Assembly (NCBI RefSeq): GCF_006345805.1
Contig: NW_021833400.1
Coordinates: forward strand, 1 to 39,483
Reading direction: 5' to 3'
DNA: 39,483 nt
DNA from: Octopus sinensis
Lineage: Eukaryota
Part shown: in pieces, positions 1-9,856 of the stretch
How the letters are laid out: each line of letters begins with the position of its first letter
Numbering within the stretch: the stretch's first letter is position 1
Program-made: the position numbers and the translations under genes
Notes under the pieces: generated by a model
Told to the model about the DNA's origin: nothing
The model's input: only the letters and a program-made list of their open reading frames with translations
Databases searched by the model: none

Positions 1-15
1 ATCTGTGAGTATTCA

Positions 16-241
16 TTCTATACTACCCACAAGGGGCTAAACATAGAGGGACAAACAAGGACAGACGAAGGGATTGAGTTGATTATATCGATCCAGTGCG
101 AAACTGGTACTTTATTTATCGACTCCGAAAGGATGAAAGGCAAAGTTGACCTCGGCGGAATTTGAACTCAGAACGTAACGACAGACGAAATACCGCTAAG
201 CACTTCGCCCGGCGCGCTAACGTGTCTGCCAGCTTGCCGCT
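16..241 (-). mobile_element. Family A tRNA-derived SINE, monomer with A1 tail
   Basis: The minus strand has a head (GCGGCAAGCTGGCAG...), B box GAGTTCAAATTCC, central GCCTTTCATCCTTTCGG and tail TTAGCCCCTTGTGGGTAG. It matches more than 10 other copies in the window. The central domain resembles the Meta/MESC SINE domain (from memory, unverified). Confidence 0.85.
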
Positions 242-376
242 GTGAGTATCGATGGCTATTATACTACTGGTAGTTGCATAAATCATCTTGCACATAGCAT
301 CTTTTACGCTTTAGATATGTATAAAATCTGGGTGGTTTGGTTTTTGTACAAATGAATAGAACGAAACATAGTGAAT

Positions 377-430
377 ACACACACACACACACACACACAC
401 ACCATATATATATATATATATATATATATA
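377..430. repeat. (AC)n-(AT)n compound microsatellite
   Basis: Read directly from the sequence. Confidence 0.95.
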
Positions 431-952
431 ATTCAAATTACGATGAAAGTAAACAAACAAACGAATTTTGCTTTAGAAGCGTTAAGATGTCTTAGAAAGT
501 TAAAAAAGTGATTTTAAATTCTCAAGCACAGGATAATGCTAATAATATAGCTTGGACAGGATAAGCTACCCTTATTTGGCGAAAAAAAGTGTTGGCGGCC
601 GGCAATGAGACTCGAACTCACACCTCCGTGATTACGCGCCGCGGTGTTCAGAACCATTAAGCGAAACCGCCCACATTAGAAATTCTTTCACAAATTTAAG
701 ATATATGGAAATCTCACTTTATTAGAGACGCTATCATACGTTAAATTCAAATTACGATGAACGTAAACAAACAAACTAAGTTTGCTTTAGAAGCGTTGAG
801 ATGTCTTAGAAAGTTAAAGAAGTGATTTTAAATTCTCAAACGCAGGATAATGCTAATAATATAGCCTGAACAGGATAAGCTACCCCTATTTTGCAGAAAA
901 AAGTGTTTGCGGCTGGCTATGAGACTCGAACTCACACCTTCGTGACTACGCG
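431..952. repeat. Tandem duplication, 314-bp period, about 1.7 copies
   Basis: ATTCAAATTACGATG occurs at 431 and 745; GAGACTCGAACTC occurs at 607 and 921. The intervening sequence aligns with scattered substitutions. Confidence 0.9.
593..671 (-). pseudogene. tRNA-like gene or pseudogene (apparent anticodon CGT, Thr-like) followed by a T7 run
   Basis: Minus strand: acceptor GGCGGTT/GGCCGCC+A, T arm GTGAG-TTCGAGT-CTCAT, anticodon loop CGCGTAA, and T7 at 582-588. Defects are a weak D stem, G at position 33 and 4 extra nt 3' of the T arm. A truncated second copy lies at 907-952. Confidence 0.55.
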
Positions 953-961
953 AGCTCGTCG

Positions 962-1185
962 GCAAAAGGAAATTCTGCTCATGAAGACGGTATTCTTATT
1001 TCTGATATTTCGCTTTTTGAGTCTAGAATAGTGCATGGATGGTTCGAATTCTCTTAGAATAACATATGGATGTCTCTACACTTCTCTCCGCCAAGTAGAG
1101 CTTGCAACTTCTACTTCCATTCAGGTATAGCGCAGATCTTTCCAGCAACTTCCAGCTAATCCGCATATATAGCTATTTCAATTTG
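962..1185 (-). mobile_element. Decayed Penelope-like element (PLE) ORF, C-terminal endonuclease region
   Basis: Manual translation gives KLK*LYMRISWKLLERSALYLNGSRSCKLYLAER, then after a frameshift LKKRKYQK*EYRLHEQNFLL. This resembles the PLE C-terminal pattern (W.IL..A..Y.NGS..C.LCL.EK...LNKR...CRH.NKFLL) as remembered. Confidence 0.55.
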
Positions 1186-1650
1186 TAACAATGGGCCACT
1201 CTTACACTTTCTATTTCCCTAACGTCTTTCTGTAAAGGCACCGTTTCGTGGCTGTTAGAGAATACCACCTCTGCTGAGGAAACGTCGATATGGCCAGCGT
1301 GCAATAGTCGGCACAAAACTGACGGTAGCATTGTAACAAATTACATGTCAAATCCAGTAATATACTGGACGATTGGACGATGTATAACCGCTCTATATAT
1401 GCATATGCATATATATGTAATGCTGCATCACATTCTTTATACCGATCTAATTCCGAAACGCGTACATGGGTAATCAAATATCGATTGATTTTCGTTTTTT
1501 TTTCCTCTCTGCCTTCGTGGATTGTTTTCGAGTAATTTGTTTTTTCCGGGAGTCGCTTTTTAAGGTAGAGGAAATAGCTAAGGTTCTTTGACTGGTATTT
1601 CTAAACTTCGGTATGTGGTAAAGCAGATCTTTGTTAAACCCTATTATTAA

Positions 1651-1708
1651 GTATATATATGTGTGTGTGTGGTGGTGTGTGTGGTGTATGTATATGTATA
1701 TATGTATG

Positions 1709-1769
<61 letters not shown>
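1651..1769. repeat. (TA)n/(TG)n microsatellite
   Basis: Read directly; it generates ORF 1659-1865. Confidence 0.95.
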
Positions 1770-1770
<1 letters not shown>

Positions 1771-2163
1771 GTATTCAAAATAGAAAATTACCCTTTAAGA
1801 GGCAATTTTACATGCTAGAAATAGCAGTCAACACGGCCAAAAAAACACAATTTTATAGCAAATGAAAAATAAAAACCTTTACCTTGTTATATAACGGTTA
1901 TACCATGGTCTCGGATTACTTAAGCAGAATAATATCGTTTGCTATCTTTTAAAAGATAATTTAGAAAGACCATATTATCTCCGAGGCGAATCCTCGTCAG
2001 TAACCAGCCTAAACAACTAGCTTATAACTCAGAGACAAGATAACACGTTCCCATCATTATATGCTATAATTTTTCAAATATCGCGCGCAGGCGTATTTAC
2101 AGTCAGCTATAGATACAATGCCGAGCTGAAACTTCGAGAATGCTAAGAACATATTCATAAGGT

Positions 2164-2164
2164 C

Positions 2165-2257
<93 letters not shown>
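2164..2257. repeat. (TA)n-(GA)n compound microsatellite
   Basis: Read directly from the sequence. Confidence 0.95.
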
Positions 2258-2260
<3 letters not shown>

Positions 2261-2920
2261 GAAAATGTATAAATTCATCTGATCCCAAAAGATTCCACTA
2301 AAAGCGAAAGCGTCTATCAGAAGAGGATCAGAGAAACTGTAAACCAAATTCCCCCTTTTTTTTACTATTTTCATTTCACGCCAATTTTTTTCGGTATGAC
2401 TTATCGATCACCACTAAAATGAATGAACTTTATACTTTCAAACAAATTGATATACAGTTTTGATTGTATTGGCTGCTATGAACATTCAAACTTACACCTG
2501 TTTTGAACATGTTAATTTATTTTAATTTGTCAACATTGAAACTTTTAAAGATGGTTTTCTAATTTTAAACTTTTACCCTTGATAAAAAAAATTATTGTTG
2601 AAACTAGTTTGGTAAATGAATATATTTTAAACATTTACGAGCTTTTGAAATTTAGGTGCATTTTCAATAACATATTTTCCTATATTTTTTCCTGCATGGA
2701 AAACATATATGAGTTAATTTTGTTGATAGTAAAACCAAAAAAATATTTCACTAAAATTTACTAAATATATATCTATATCCGCCAGGTTTTAAAATTTTTT
2801 TTAATGCGCTAACAGAATTATTAGAGCGTTGGAAATTAATGCCGCACAAAATTTGCGGTAACTTTTTACATCCGGAATTCAGTTCCTGCTGGAGATTAAC
2901 TTTCCCTTTCATCCATCTGT

Positions 2921-3336
2921 AGGCACAAGGCCCGAAATTTTGGGGGAGGAGGGCAGTCGATTACATCGACCCTAGTACGCAAATGGTACTTAATTTAAAG
3001 ACCTCGAAAGGATAAAATGCAAAGTCAACCTCGACGGAATTTGAACTCAGAACGTAAAGACAGACGAAATACCGCTAAACATTTCACCCAGCGTGCTAAC
3101 GTTTCTTATTTCCTTATTGCCCACAAGGGGTTAAACATAGAGGAGACAAACAAGGACAGGCAAAGGGATTAAGTCGATGACATCGACCTCAGTACGTAAT
3201 TGTACCTAATTTATCGACCCCGAAAGGATGAAGAGCAAAGTCGACCTCGGCAGAATTTGAACTCGGAACGTAACGGCAGACGAAATACCGCTAAGAATTT
3301 CAACCGGCATGATAACGTTTCTGCCAGCTCGCCACC
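2921..3336 (-). mobile_element. Family A SINE dimer (A1-tailed unit followed by an A2-tailed unit)
   Basis: There are two copies of the B box and central domain. The junction near 3105 joins the A1 tail to GAAACGTTAGC in the head. The distal tail is CCCCCAAAATTTCGGGCCTTGTGCCT. Confidence 0.85.
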
Positions 3337-3479
3337 GTACGAGCTTCTCAGAATGACCAATCTTTGGCCTATGTAAAAAAACATCACTATTTTATCATAT
3401 TTGTTGTTTTTGCTGTCTCTGGTTAAATAGTAAAATAAAACATTTGACTCTTTATGATAAACCGTTTTTACGTTTTTGT

Positions 3480-3634
3480 TTCATTCGTTCGAGCACGACC
3501 AAGCTGGGGCAAAGCTTTCAATGATTTAGTCGATCAAACCAACTCCGCTTCTTCTATTTTTAAGTTGAGTATCTTTTGCACGAGATTCATGTGTTCTTTT
3601 TCCAACGAAAACGTTACGGGAAAGTAAACAAACA
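3480..3634 (-). mobile_element. Decayed 3' half of a family B SINE
   Basis: CACGACCAAGCTGGGGCA...TTAGTCGATCAAACC...ACGGGAAAGTAAACA resembles 10081-10205. Confidence 0.5.
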
Positions 3635-3955
3635 ATTCCGGTGAGGTTGATTTTGCCTTTTATCCTTTCGGGGTCGATAAATTAAGTACCAGTTACGCAC
3701 TGGGCTCGATGTAATCGACTCAATACCTATATCTGTCCTTGTTTGTCCCCTCTATGCTTAGCCCCTTGTGAGTAATAAAGAAATAGGTATTTCGTCTGCC
3801 GATACGTTCTGAGTTCTAATTCCGCCGAGGTCGATTTTGCCTTTTATCCTTTCGGGGTCGATAAATTAACTACCAATTATGTACTGGGGTGGATCTAATC
3901 GACTGGCCCCGTCCCACAAAATTTCAGACCTTGTGCCTACAATAGGAAGGATTAT
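3635..3955 (+). mobile_element. Family A SINE dimer, 5'-truncated
   Basis: Central domain plus A1 tail, junction AAAGAAATA|GGTATTTCGTCTG at about 3786, then a second unit with an A2 tail. Confidence 0.85.
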
Positions 3956-4640
3956 TACAACTACTACTACTGTTGCTGCTAACACCTCTACTAATGCTAT
4001 TATAATCAACCATAATTTTTTTCTTTTTCTTTTTTTTTTCCCTTTATGCCATGGTTGAACCAAACGTAGATCCCTCCTATGTGGTGTAGAAAGTCCTGTT
4101 TTCTAGTTATCTGAGTGCTAGGCGTAGAATGAAATCCATATCCACAATATAATCTTGCCTGCTGGTTCATAGAACAGAGTTAGCTCGGTTGCATGTATTC
4201 GGAGCAGTCCTGTGGCACGGGATTTTCCGTGACCTTTACATAGACCACCAACTGAGGCTCAGACCTCAGTGCTAAATAATGCATTCATAAATCGAAGTAG
4301 AAAACACATCCAAAGCGGTGCTTTTATTTCGTAAAGAAAGGAAAAAACAAAACACAGACCGGCTTTTGTTACCTCTGGGGAAATTGTTGATAAATTCAGA
4401 GTATCTCCTCTCCTCATTCAGTCCATTCCAATAACGGAAGCGAAGAGAAGAAGAATGAATCATGAATAAATCTTACATGGTGTGTACTGTGTGTGTGTAT
4501 GTGTGTGTGTGTGTGTGTCTAGAGAGACGAAGAGAGACTCAGAAAGACAAAGAGATAGAAATAGAACGATATATGTACATACATACATATATATGTGTGT
4601 GGGGGGGGGTTATGTATATAATGTATATATATATATATAT

Positions 4641-4699
4641 ATTGTGACCAGCGATGTGTAACAACATCTGATAGTCTGGTCGGTGACGTAGTCACGTGA
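4641..4699 (+). mobile_element. 3'-terminal fragment of family E SINE, inside (TA)n
   Basis: ATTGTGACCAGCGATGTGTAACAACATCTGATAGTCTGGTCGG...GTCACGTGA matches the 3' end of the full copy at 32739-33033. Confidence 0.8.
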
Positions 4700-4736
4700 T
4701 ATATATATATACATACACATACATATATATACATAT

Positions 4737-4770
<34 letters not shown>

Positions 4771-4809
4771 TAGAATGCAAACTATCTCGCTAGATAGATA
4801 GATAGATAT

Positions 4810-4897
<88 letters not shown>
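4700..4897. repeat. (TA)/(CATA)/(GT)n and (GATA)n microsatellites
   Basis: Read directly; the (GATA)n tract is at about 4791-4897. Confidence 0.95.
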
Positions 4898-4898
<1 letters not shown>

Positions 4899-5101
4899 GA
4901 TATCGGTTTCGCTTTGACATTTCTGATGCTACAAGGTCCATAAATATTATATAAACTGATAGATTTGTTATCTGGAAAAAGAGCAATGGAATGACGGCCA
5001 ATAACACCAAAATACTTGTTTACATCGCTGCATTCTTGCATAGGAAAGACTGTAACGGGCTCTGTTCTGTAGACATCTATAAGTACACACATACTCATAT
5101 A

Positions 5102-5190
5102 TATTACAGCCATATCACGTTGAAAGCACTGGTTCTAGTTCGATCACCGAAGTTAAGCAACGTCGAGCCTAGTTAGTGACCGCTTGGGAA
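5102..5190 (+). pseudogene. 5S rRNA pseudogene (5' three-quarters, internal deletion)
   Basis: TACAGCCATATCACGTTGAAAGCACTGGTTCTAGTTCGATCACCGAAGTTAAGCAACGTCGAGCCTAGTTAGT-GACCGCTTGGGAA follows the invertebrate 5S sequence. About 12 nt (ACTTGGATGGGT) are missing and the 3' end is absent. Confidence 0.85.
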
Positions 5191-5205
5191 AGCGTCTCAC
5201 AAATA

Positions 5206-5383
5206 GGCGCAGAAGTGACTGTGTGGCAAGTAACTTGCTTACCGACCACATGGTTCTGGGTTCAGTACCACTGCATGGCACTTTGGGCAAGTGTGTTCTA
5301 CTATAGCCTTGGGCTGACCAAAGCCTTGTGAGTGGATTTCATAGACGGAACCTGAAAGATGCTTGTTGTATATATATATATAT
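5206..5383 (+). mobile_element. Family B CORE-like tRNA SINE, 5' half
   Basis: Head GGCGCAGAAGTGACTGTGTGG, B-box-like GGGTTCAGTACC and CORE-like ACTTTGGGCAAGTG; ends in (TA)n. Confidence 0.85.
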
Positions 5384-5780
5384 ACTAGCTGACGTAACCG
5401 GTAATTCTCGGGAAAGCGGGGGCTTATCTCTTGGTTCCATTCTCATAATTGTTTCGTTAATACAGTAACAGTAATACAAAGTATGTAGCCCTTAAAACGG
5501 CTTCTGTGCATTTACAGAGAATACCGAACTGTCTTACACGGGATCTGGTTTTTAAGAATTCCAATAGGTTGTGAATACCAAAATGTAATAACATGAAATT
5601 AGTTACCCGATAGTAAGAATTCAAACAAAGTAGCCCCGAAAAGGCGGAAATACTAATAAGGTATGCATTCTAAAATCGTGAAGCATATTATGTAATAACA
5701 AGCTAATCAGATATGAGATAATAACAATTCAAAGTAAATTATTCTGAAAAGGACATTTGTGCGTTCCTGGAGAATATTAC

Positions 5781-5928
5781 CTTTCAGCTTCCGTCAATCA
5801 AATCCACTCGCAATGCTTTGGTTGGCTCGAGGCTATATTAGAAGACAATTGCCCAAGGTGCCACGGAGTGGAACTGAACCCAGAACATGTGGTTGGTAAG
5901 CAAGTTACTTACCACTCAGCCATTCCTG
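5781..5928 (-). mobile_element. Family B SINE, 5' half
   Basis: Reverse complement matches 14104-14260. Confidence 0.8.
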
Positions 5929-5992
<64 letters not shown>

Positions 5993-6010
5993 TGTGTGTG
6001 TGCGTTTGGA
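5929..6010. repeat. (AT)n-(GT)n microsatellite
   Basis: Read directly from the sequence. Confidence 0.95.
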
Positions 6011-6087
6011 TGCGTGTATGTGTGTACGTGGGTCTACATACATATATATTTGGTTCACAGTCAGAAACATACACACATATACATAAC

Positions 6088-6250
6088 ACAGGCTTCCACA
6101 CAATTTCCATCTGCCAATTTTATTCCCAAAGCATTAGTCGAAACGGGATATAGTAGAAGTTACTTTCTCTCATTGTGCCGCGCAGTGAGACGGAACCCGA
6201 AGCAGTGTGATTTGAAAGCAAATTTTTTGACCACGCAGCCATGGCTGCAA
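6088..6250 (-). mobile_element. Older, decayed family B SINE, 5' half
   Basis: CAGGCTTCC...AATTTCCATCTGCCAA...TATAGTAGAAG...GCAGTGAGAC.GAACCCG...ACCACGCAGCCAT aligns loosely with B. Confidence 0.6.
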
Positions 6251-6710
6251 ACTATCTCCATGAATGTCTTTTAGCGGATTGTACTTTTGCGAGTTCTCTC
6301 CCTTACTTGTTTTGAAAGAAATTTTCATTTACACTAAGGAATTTCCTTTACATTACGATGGCAAAGTTAATTACAAATATATTTTGAATGATACGACACT
6401 TTATCTATGATAGTTTGGTCTTAACTATAGATGTGTATGCATGTGTGTATATGCTTGTGTGGATATGTGTCTTAGTTGGGCGTACGTTTCTGCATACGCC
6501 CGGGGCCTGAGTGCGTGTATATATATATATATATCAATCGTAGAACCAATTCAGTTCAAATAATTCAAATAATAAGGCTCTCCATAAATATATAGTTCGA
6601 GTAAATAACATGTACCTATAGTGGTACATGTGATATATATATATATATGTATTTATGTGTGCGTATATGTGCGTTTTACGTATCAATAGCTTTCTGTGTG
6701 TGTGTGTGAG

Positions 6711-6745
<35 letters not shown>

Positions 6746-7577
6746 ATATATACACATATACACGTTTATATATAATCCCACATAGCTGTAGTGATACAGT
6801 TACAGAAATAAATATATGCGTGTGGGTACATGTGTATATATCCGTATGTGTGTGTGTATGTGTGTGTGTCTGTGTGTGTGTGTAATACGTATATAAAGAC
6901 ATATGTAGGTGTATTTGTGTATATTTGTGTGCGTGTTTAGTTCTACAAGAAAAAAAATACCACAGAAATTGGCAGTGATGTTAATTTGTGTCTTTTTGCC
7001 AAAACTAGTATATGAACATTGGCAAACGATGTTTACTGCATGTACAAATGTCTGGTCTCGTTTTAAAATAGGGCGGTCTACTTTGTGACTGGCCTTTTTG
7101 TTTAACATACATATGACCAGTGCAAACAAATCCATTTATATATAAATACAAATATAAATTAACACACACACACACACACACACACGGATGGATGCTAGGT
7201 TGGGTGGAGAGATGGTTGGATTGAAGAATGGTTGTCATGTTGATGAATATTCAATGTTTTCCGAGGAGATTAACCGAGTGAGAAGATAAAATGGCTACCG
7301 CTAATACATGAATGTTGTTGTCAATCAACGTCATTCCTAGTACGTCTATCTTATGACAAGTATCATCACCAGTTCCAGCTTTGGACTAAGACCTACGATT
7401 AACGACTTACGACTCATGGTCTTTCTTCGTTTTTTTTTTTTTTACCGAACCCTTAGATAAGGAAACTGGTTCACATAACATCAGCGTCTGTTAGAGTGGC
7501 CTGCGAATTCTGTACCAAAATGTTTCCGCCACCAAATTCTGTACCAAACTTATACTTCGTTGGGTACGTTGGACATT

Positions 7578-7766
7578 GTTCTAGCTGATCCGACCGAGGG
7601 AACGAGCCTGCTCTAGAAATCAACGGGCAAGCGGCTGAGCACTCTGCGGACACGTGCACCCTTAATGTAGTTCTCTTGAAGATTCAGCGCAACAGAGAAT
7701 GTGAGAGAACTGATCCTTTAAAATACAAATGTTACTCATTTTGCTAACTGAGCGGCTGGAGCAGCA
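7578..7766 (-). mobile_element. 3' part of a SINE with an F-type tail; its 5' part is at 8408-8513
   Basis: GCTGATCCG...GAGCAC...ACACGTGCACCCTTAATGTAGTTCTC...GATTCAGCG matches 30881-31040. The right end (CTCAGTTAGCAAAATGAG on minus) matches the G central domain at 32420-32455. Confidence 0.65.
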
Positions 7767-7880
7767 TTAGTGCATTATTTACATTTTGTTGTTGTTAAGA
7801 CAACGTTTTGGCTAATATATCAGGTGTCTTGGGGAAATTTAGATCCTGGGTTCTCATTCTTAAGGTATTTTTCGATAATG

Positions 7881-7917
<37 letters not shown>

Positions 7918-7920
7918 TCT

Positions 7921-7991
7921 GGTCACTGCCTGGAATAAAACTCGGAATCTTGGGGTTAGTAGTCCGCGCTCTTAACCACCACGCCATATGC
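7921..7991 (-). other. tRNA-like segment (Pol III A/B boxes) in the left arm
   Basis: Minus strand reads TGGCGTGGTGGTTAAGAGCGC ... CTACTAA loop ... GAGTTTTATTCC; it mirrors 8154-8226. Confidence 0.6.
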
Positions 7992-8153
7992 AATTATTGA
8001 GTGAATTTTAGGGCTTATAAATCTAATATTTTTCCATCCTTCCTTAATACCGGTTCCCATATGCTACTCATATCTGCACTGCACATGGGAACCGGTATTA
8101 AGAAAGGATAGAAAAATATTAGATTTATAAGCCCTAAAATTCACTCCATAGCT

Positions 8154-8226
8154 GCCTATGGAGCTGTGATTAAGAGCGCGGTATACTAACCCCAATTTTC
8201 CGAGTTCGATTCCAAGCAGTAACCTG
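8154..8226 (+). other. tRNA-like segment in the right arm
   Basis: A-box-like TGGAGCTGTGATTAAGAGCGC and B box GAGTTCGATTCC. Confidence 0.6.
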
Positions 8227-8407
8227 AATAATAGTAATAATAATGATAATAATAACATCGAAAAATACCTATGAATGAGAACCCAGGTTCGAAATTTCCC
8301 CAAGATACCTGATGAAGTCTGGAGGGTATATCAACCGAAACGTTGAGGACAAATATCCATCAAATGTAAGTAATGTACATAATTCCTCATCTCTTAAATA
8401 TAGAACT

Positions 8408-8513
8408 GTAAAATAAAGTGTTTTGTTTAAGAACACAACACTCCAGCGGGTATCGAACTCGTGACTTTATGATTGTAAGCCGAATACCGTAACCACTAAG
8501 CCACATGCCTTCA
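8408..8513 (-). mobile_element. 5' part of a family G-headed CORE-like SINE
   Basis: Minus strand reads TGAAGGCATGTGGCTTAGTGGTT...GAGTTCGATACC...GTGTTGTGTTCTTAAACAAAACACTTTATTT and matches 32328-32420. Confidence 0.7.
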
Positions 8514-8599
8514 CTGAATTCTGCATACCTTAACAAATTTGACCTATGACTGGAACCATTCATAGGTACTGCAAGCCAGGCCTACAGGCTTCTGCGTTC

Positions 8600-8830
8600 C
8601 AGGATTTTGGGGAAGAACATACACAACTGGTTTCCTGTTTTCCTTCAGCCGGTTTGTCTATAGTGCTTTGTTTCTCCCCAGTTCTCCCAAGCTCAGCATC
8701 GAATCATGGGTTTTATAACTGCTTCAACGAGGCTAAGACATGCCCAAAGAATAGTAGATCAGTGTCACACATATCTAGACGCCAGTCCACCTCTGAACCT
8801 TGTAGACCTTAGTCACAGCGCCATCTTCTG
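8600..8830 (-). mobile_element. Possible highly decayed RTE-type LINE ORF2 C-terminus
   Basis: Manual translation gives LLFFGHVL and, after a frameshift, GELGRNKAL*TNRLKE. This loosely resembles the RTE FGH...GR...W motif. Confidence 0.3.
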
Positions 8831-8977
8831 TTATATGATTTCCTTATGAAGTTCTACCATCTCAGCTCAGAGCGAGACAAGCATTACTAGGGACAAATCT
8901 AGTTTTATACTCCCCAGAATCCTGATATGCCGAGCTACTGCTTTACCATTTGATGTTTATATCTTGCCCAGGACAAA

Positions 8978-9190
8978 GGCAGTGAGTTGGCAGAATCGTT
9001 ACCTCGACGGGCAAAATACTTAGCAGCATTTCGCCCGCCTATGCATTCAGAGTTCAAATTCCACCGAGATTGACTTTATCGTTCATCCTTTCGGGAGTGA
9101 TAAAATAAGTACCAGTTGAGCACGGGACTCGATGTAATCGACTTATCCTGTCCCCATAGATTGCTGCTCTTGGGTAAAAATTTGAAGCCA
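8978..9190 (+). mobile_element. Family A SINE with A2 tail
   Basis: GGCAGTGAGTTGGCAGAATCGTT, GAGTTCAAATTCC, TTCATCCTTTCGGG and AATAAGTACCAG are all present. Confidence 0.8.
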
Positions 9191-9856
9191 GCATTATAAT
9201 CGAATGAATTGCTTTTCTACAAAGAGATCTTGAAATTTCCGCCAGGAAGTGGTGATATTAACTGATTTCCATGTCGTCTACAAAGCTATTAGTACGGATT
9301 CAGATAAGGATTTTTCAATCACGGTTCACTCTGTCAATATTTCAGCGTTGAGAATTATTGATTTATTGCTTACACATAAGGACAATGTGTAGCTAAATAG
9401 CAGAGTAGACCTTCAACATGCAGGGTCATTATAAAACCCTTGTGGAATTATAAATTTAAAATTCTAAATTTTTATACCTTTAATTCTATAAATGACAGAA
9501 TTAATCTGGGAACAACATTTAACAGCCTGATGCGTCAATTTTATCGCTGACAATGAAACAAATTTCTTATTTTTCATTATTTTTGAATATTTAATAACTG
9601 CTTCCACTTTATTCTACGGAGACACGTAAAGATTACATGTAAAGAATGCTTATTCAACTAAACCTGGTTCAATAGAAACATGCAGGCTTGAGCTGTTAAT
9701 GTGAATCATTGGAGAAACCCAAATTAGGATTTAAGACGTATTTCTAAAGCTTCGGAACCATATCATGGTTTGCATACTTAACGACGGTGGACTGGTTGAA
9801 AATTTGCATTCTAAGTTATAAATTTAGTGAAAGACGTATTTTTAAATTTGCACAAA

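Larger units (their letters stand above)
7768..8407. mobile_element. Inverted-repeat PLE-like element containing tRNA-like segments, (TAA)n and hammerhead-like motifs
   Basis: Arms 7801-8064 and 8081-8345 are reverse complements around a 16-nt spacer. The right arm has an extra tail ending CATAATTCCTCATCTCTTAAATATAGAAC, shared with about 11402-11427. The element splits a SINE. Confidence 0.75.

Noticed and set aside
1968-2005. Minus-strand CTGACGA...GTC hammerhead-like string
   Set aside because: GAAA is replaced by GGAG, stem II is weak and stem I does not pair; at most a dead remnant.
5384-5750. ACTAGCTGACGTAACCGG after (TA)n, resembling a Helitron/Helentron-type terminus
   Set aside because: No second copy, partner terminus or clear hairpin could be found in the window.
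7506-7548. 14-bp direct repeat AATTCTGTACCAAA, 29 bp apart
   Set aside because: A small local duplication with no further structure.
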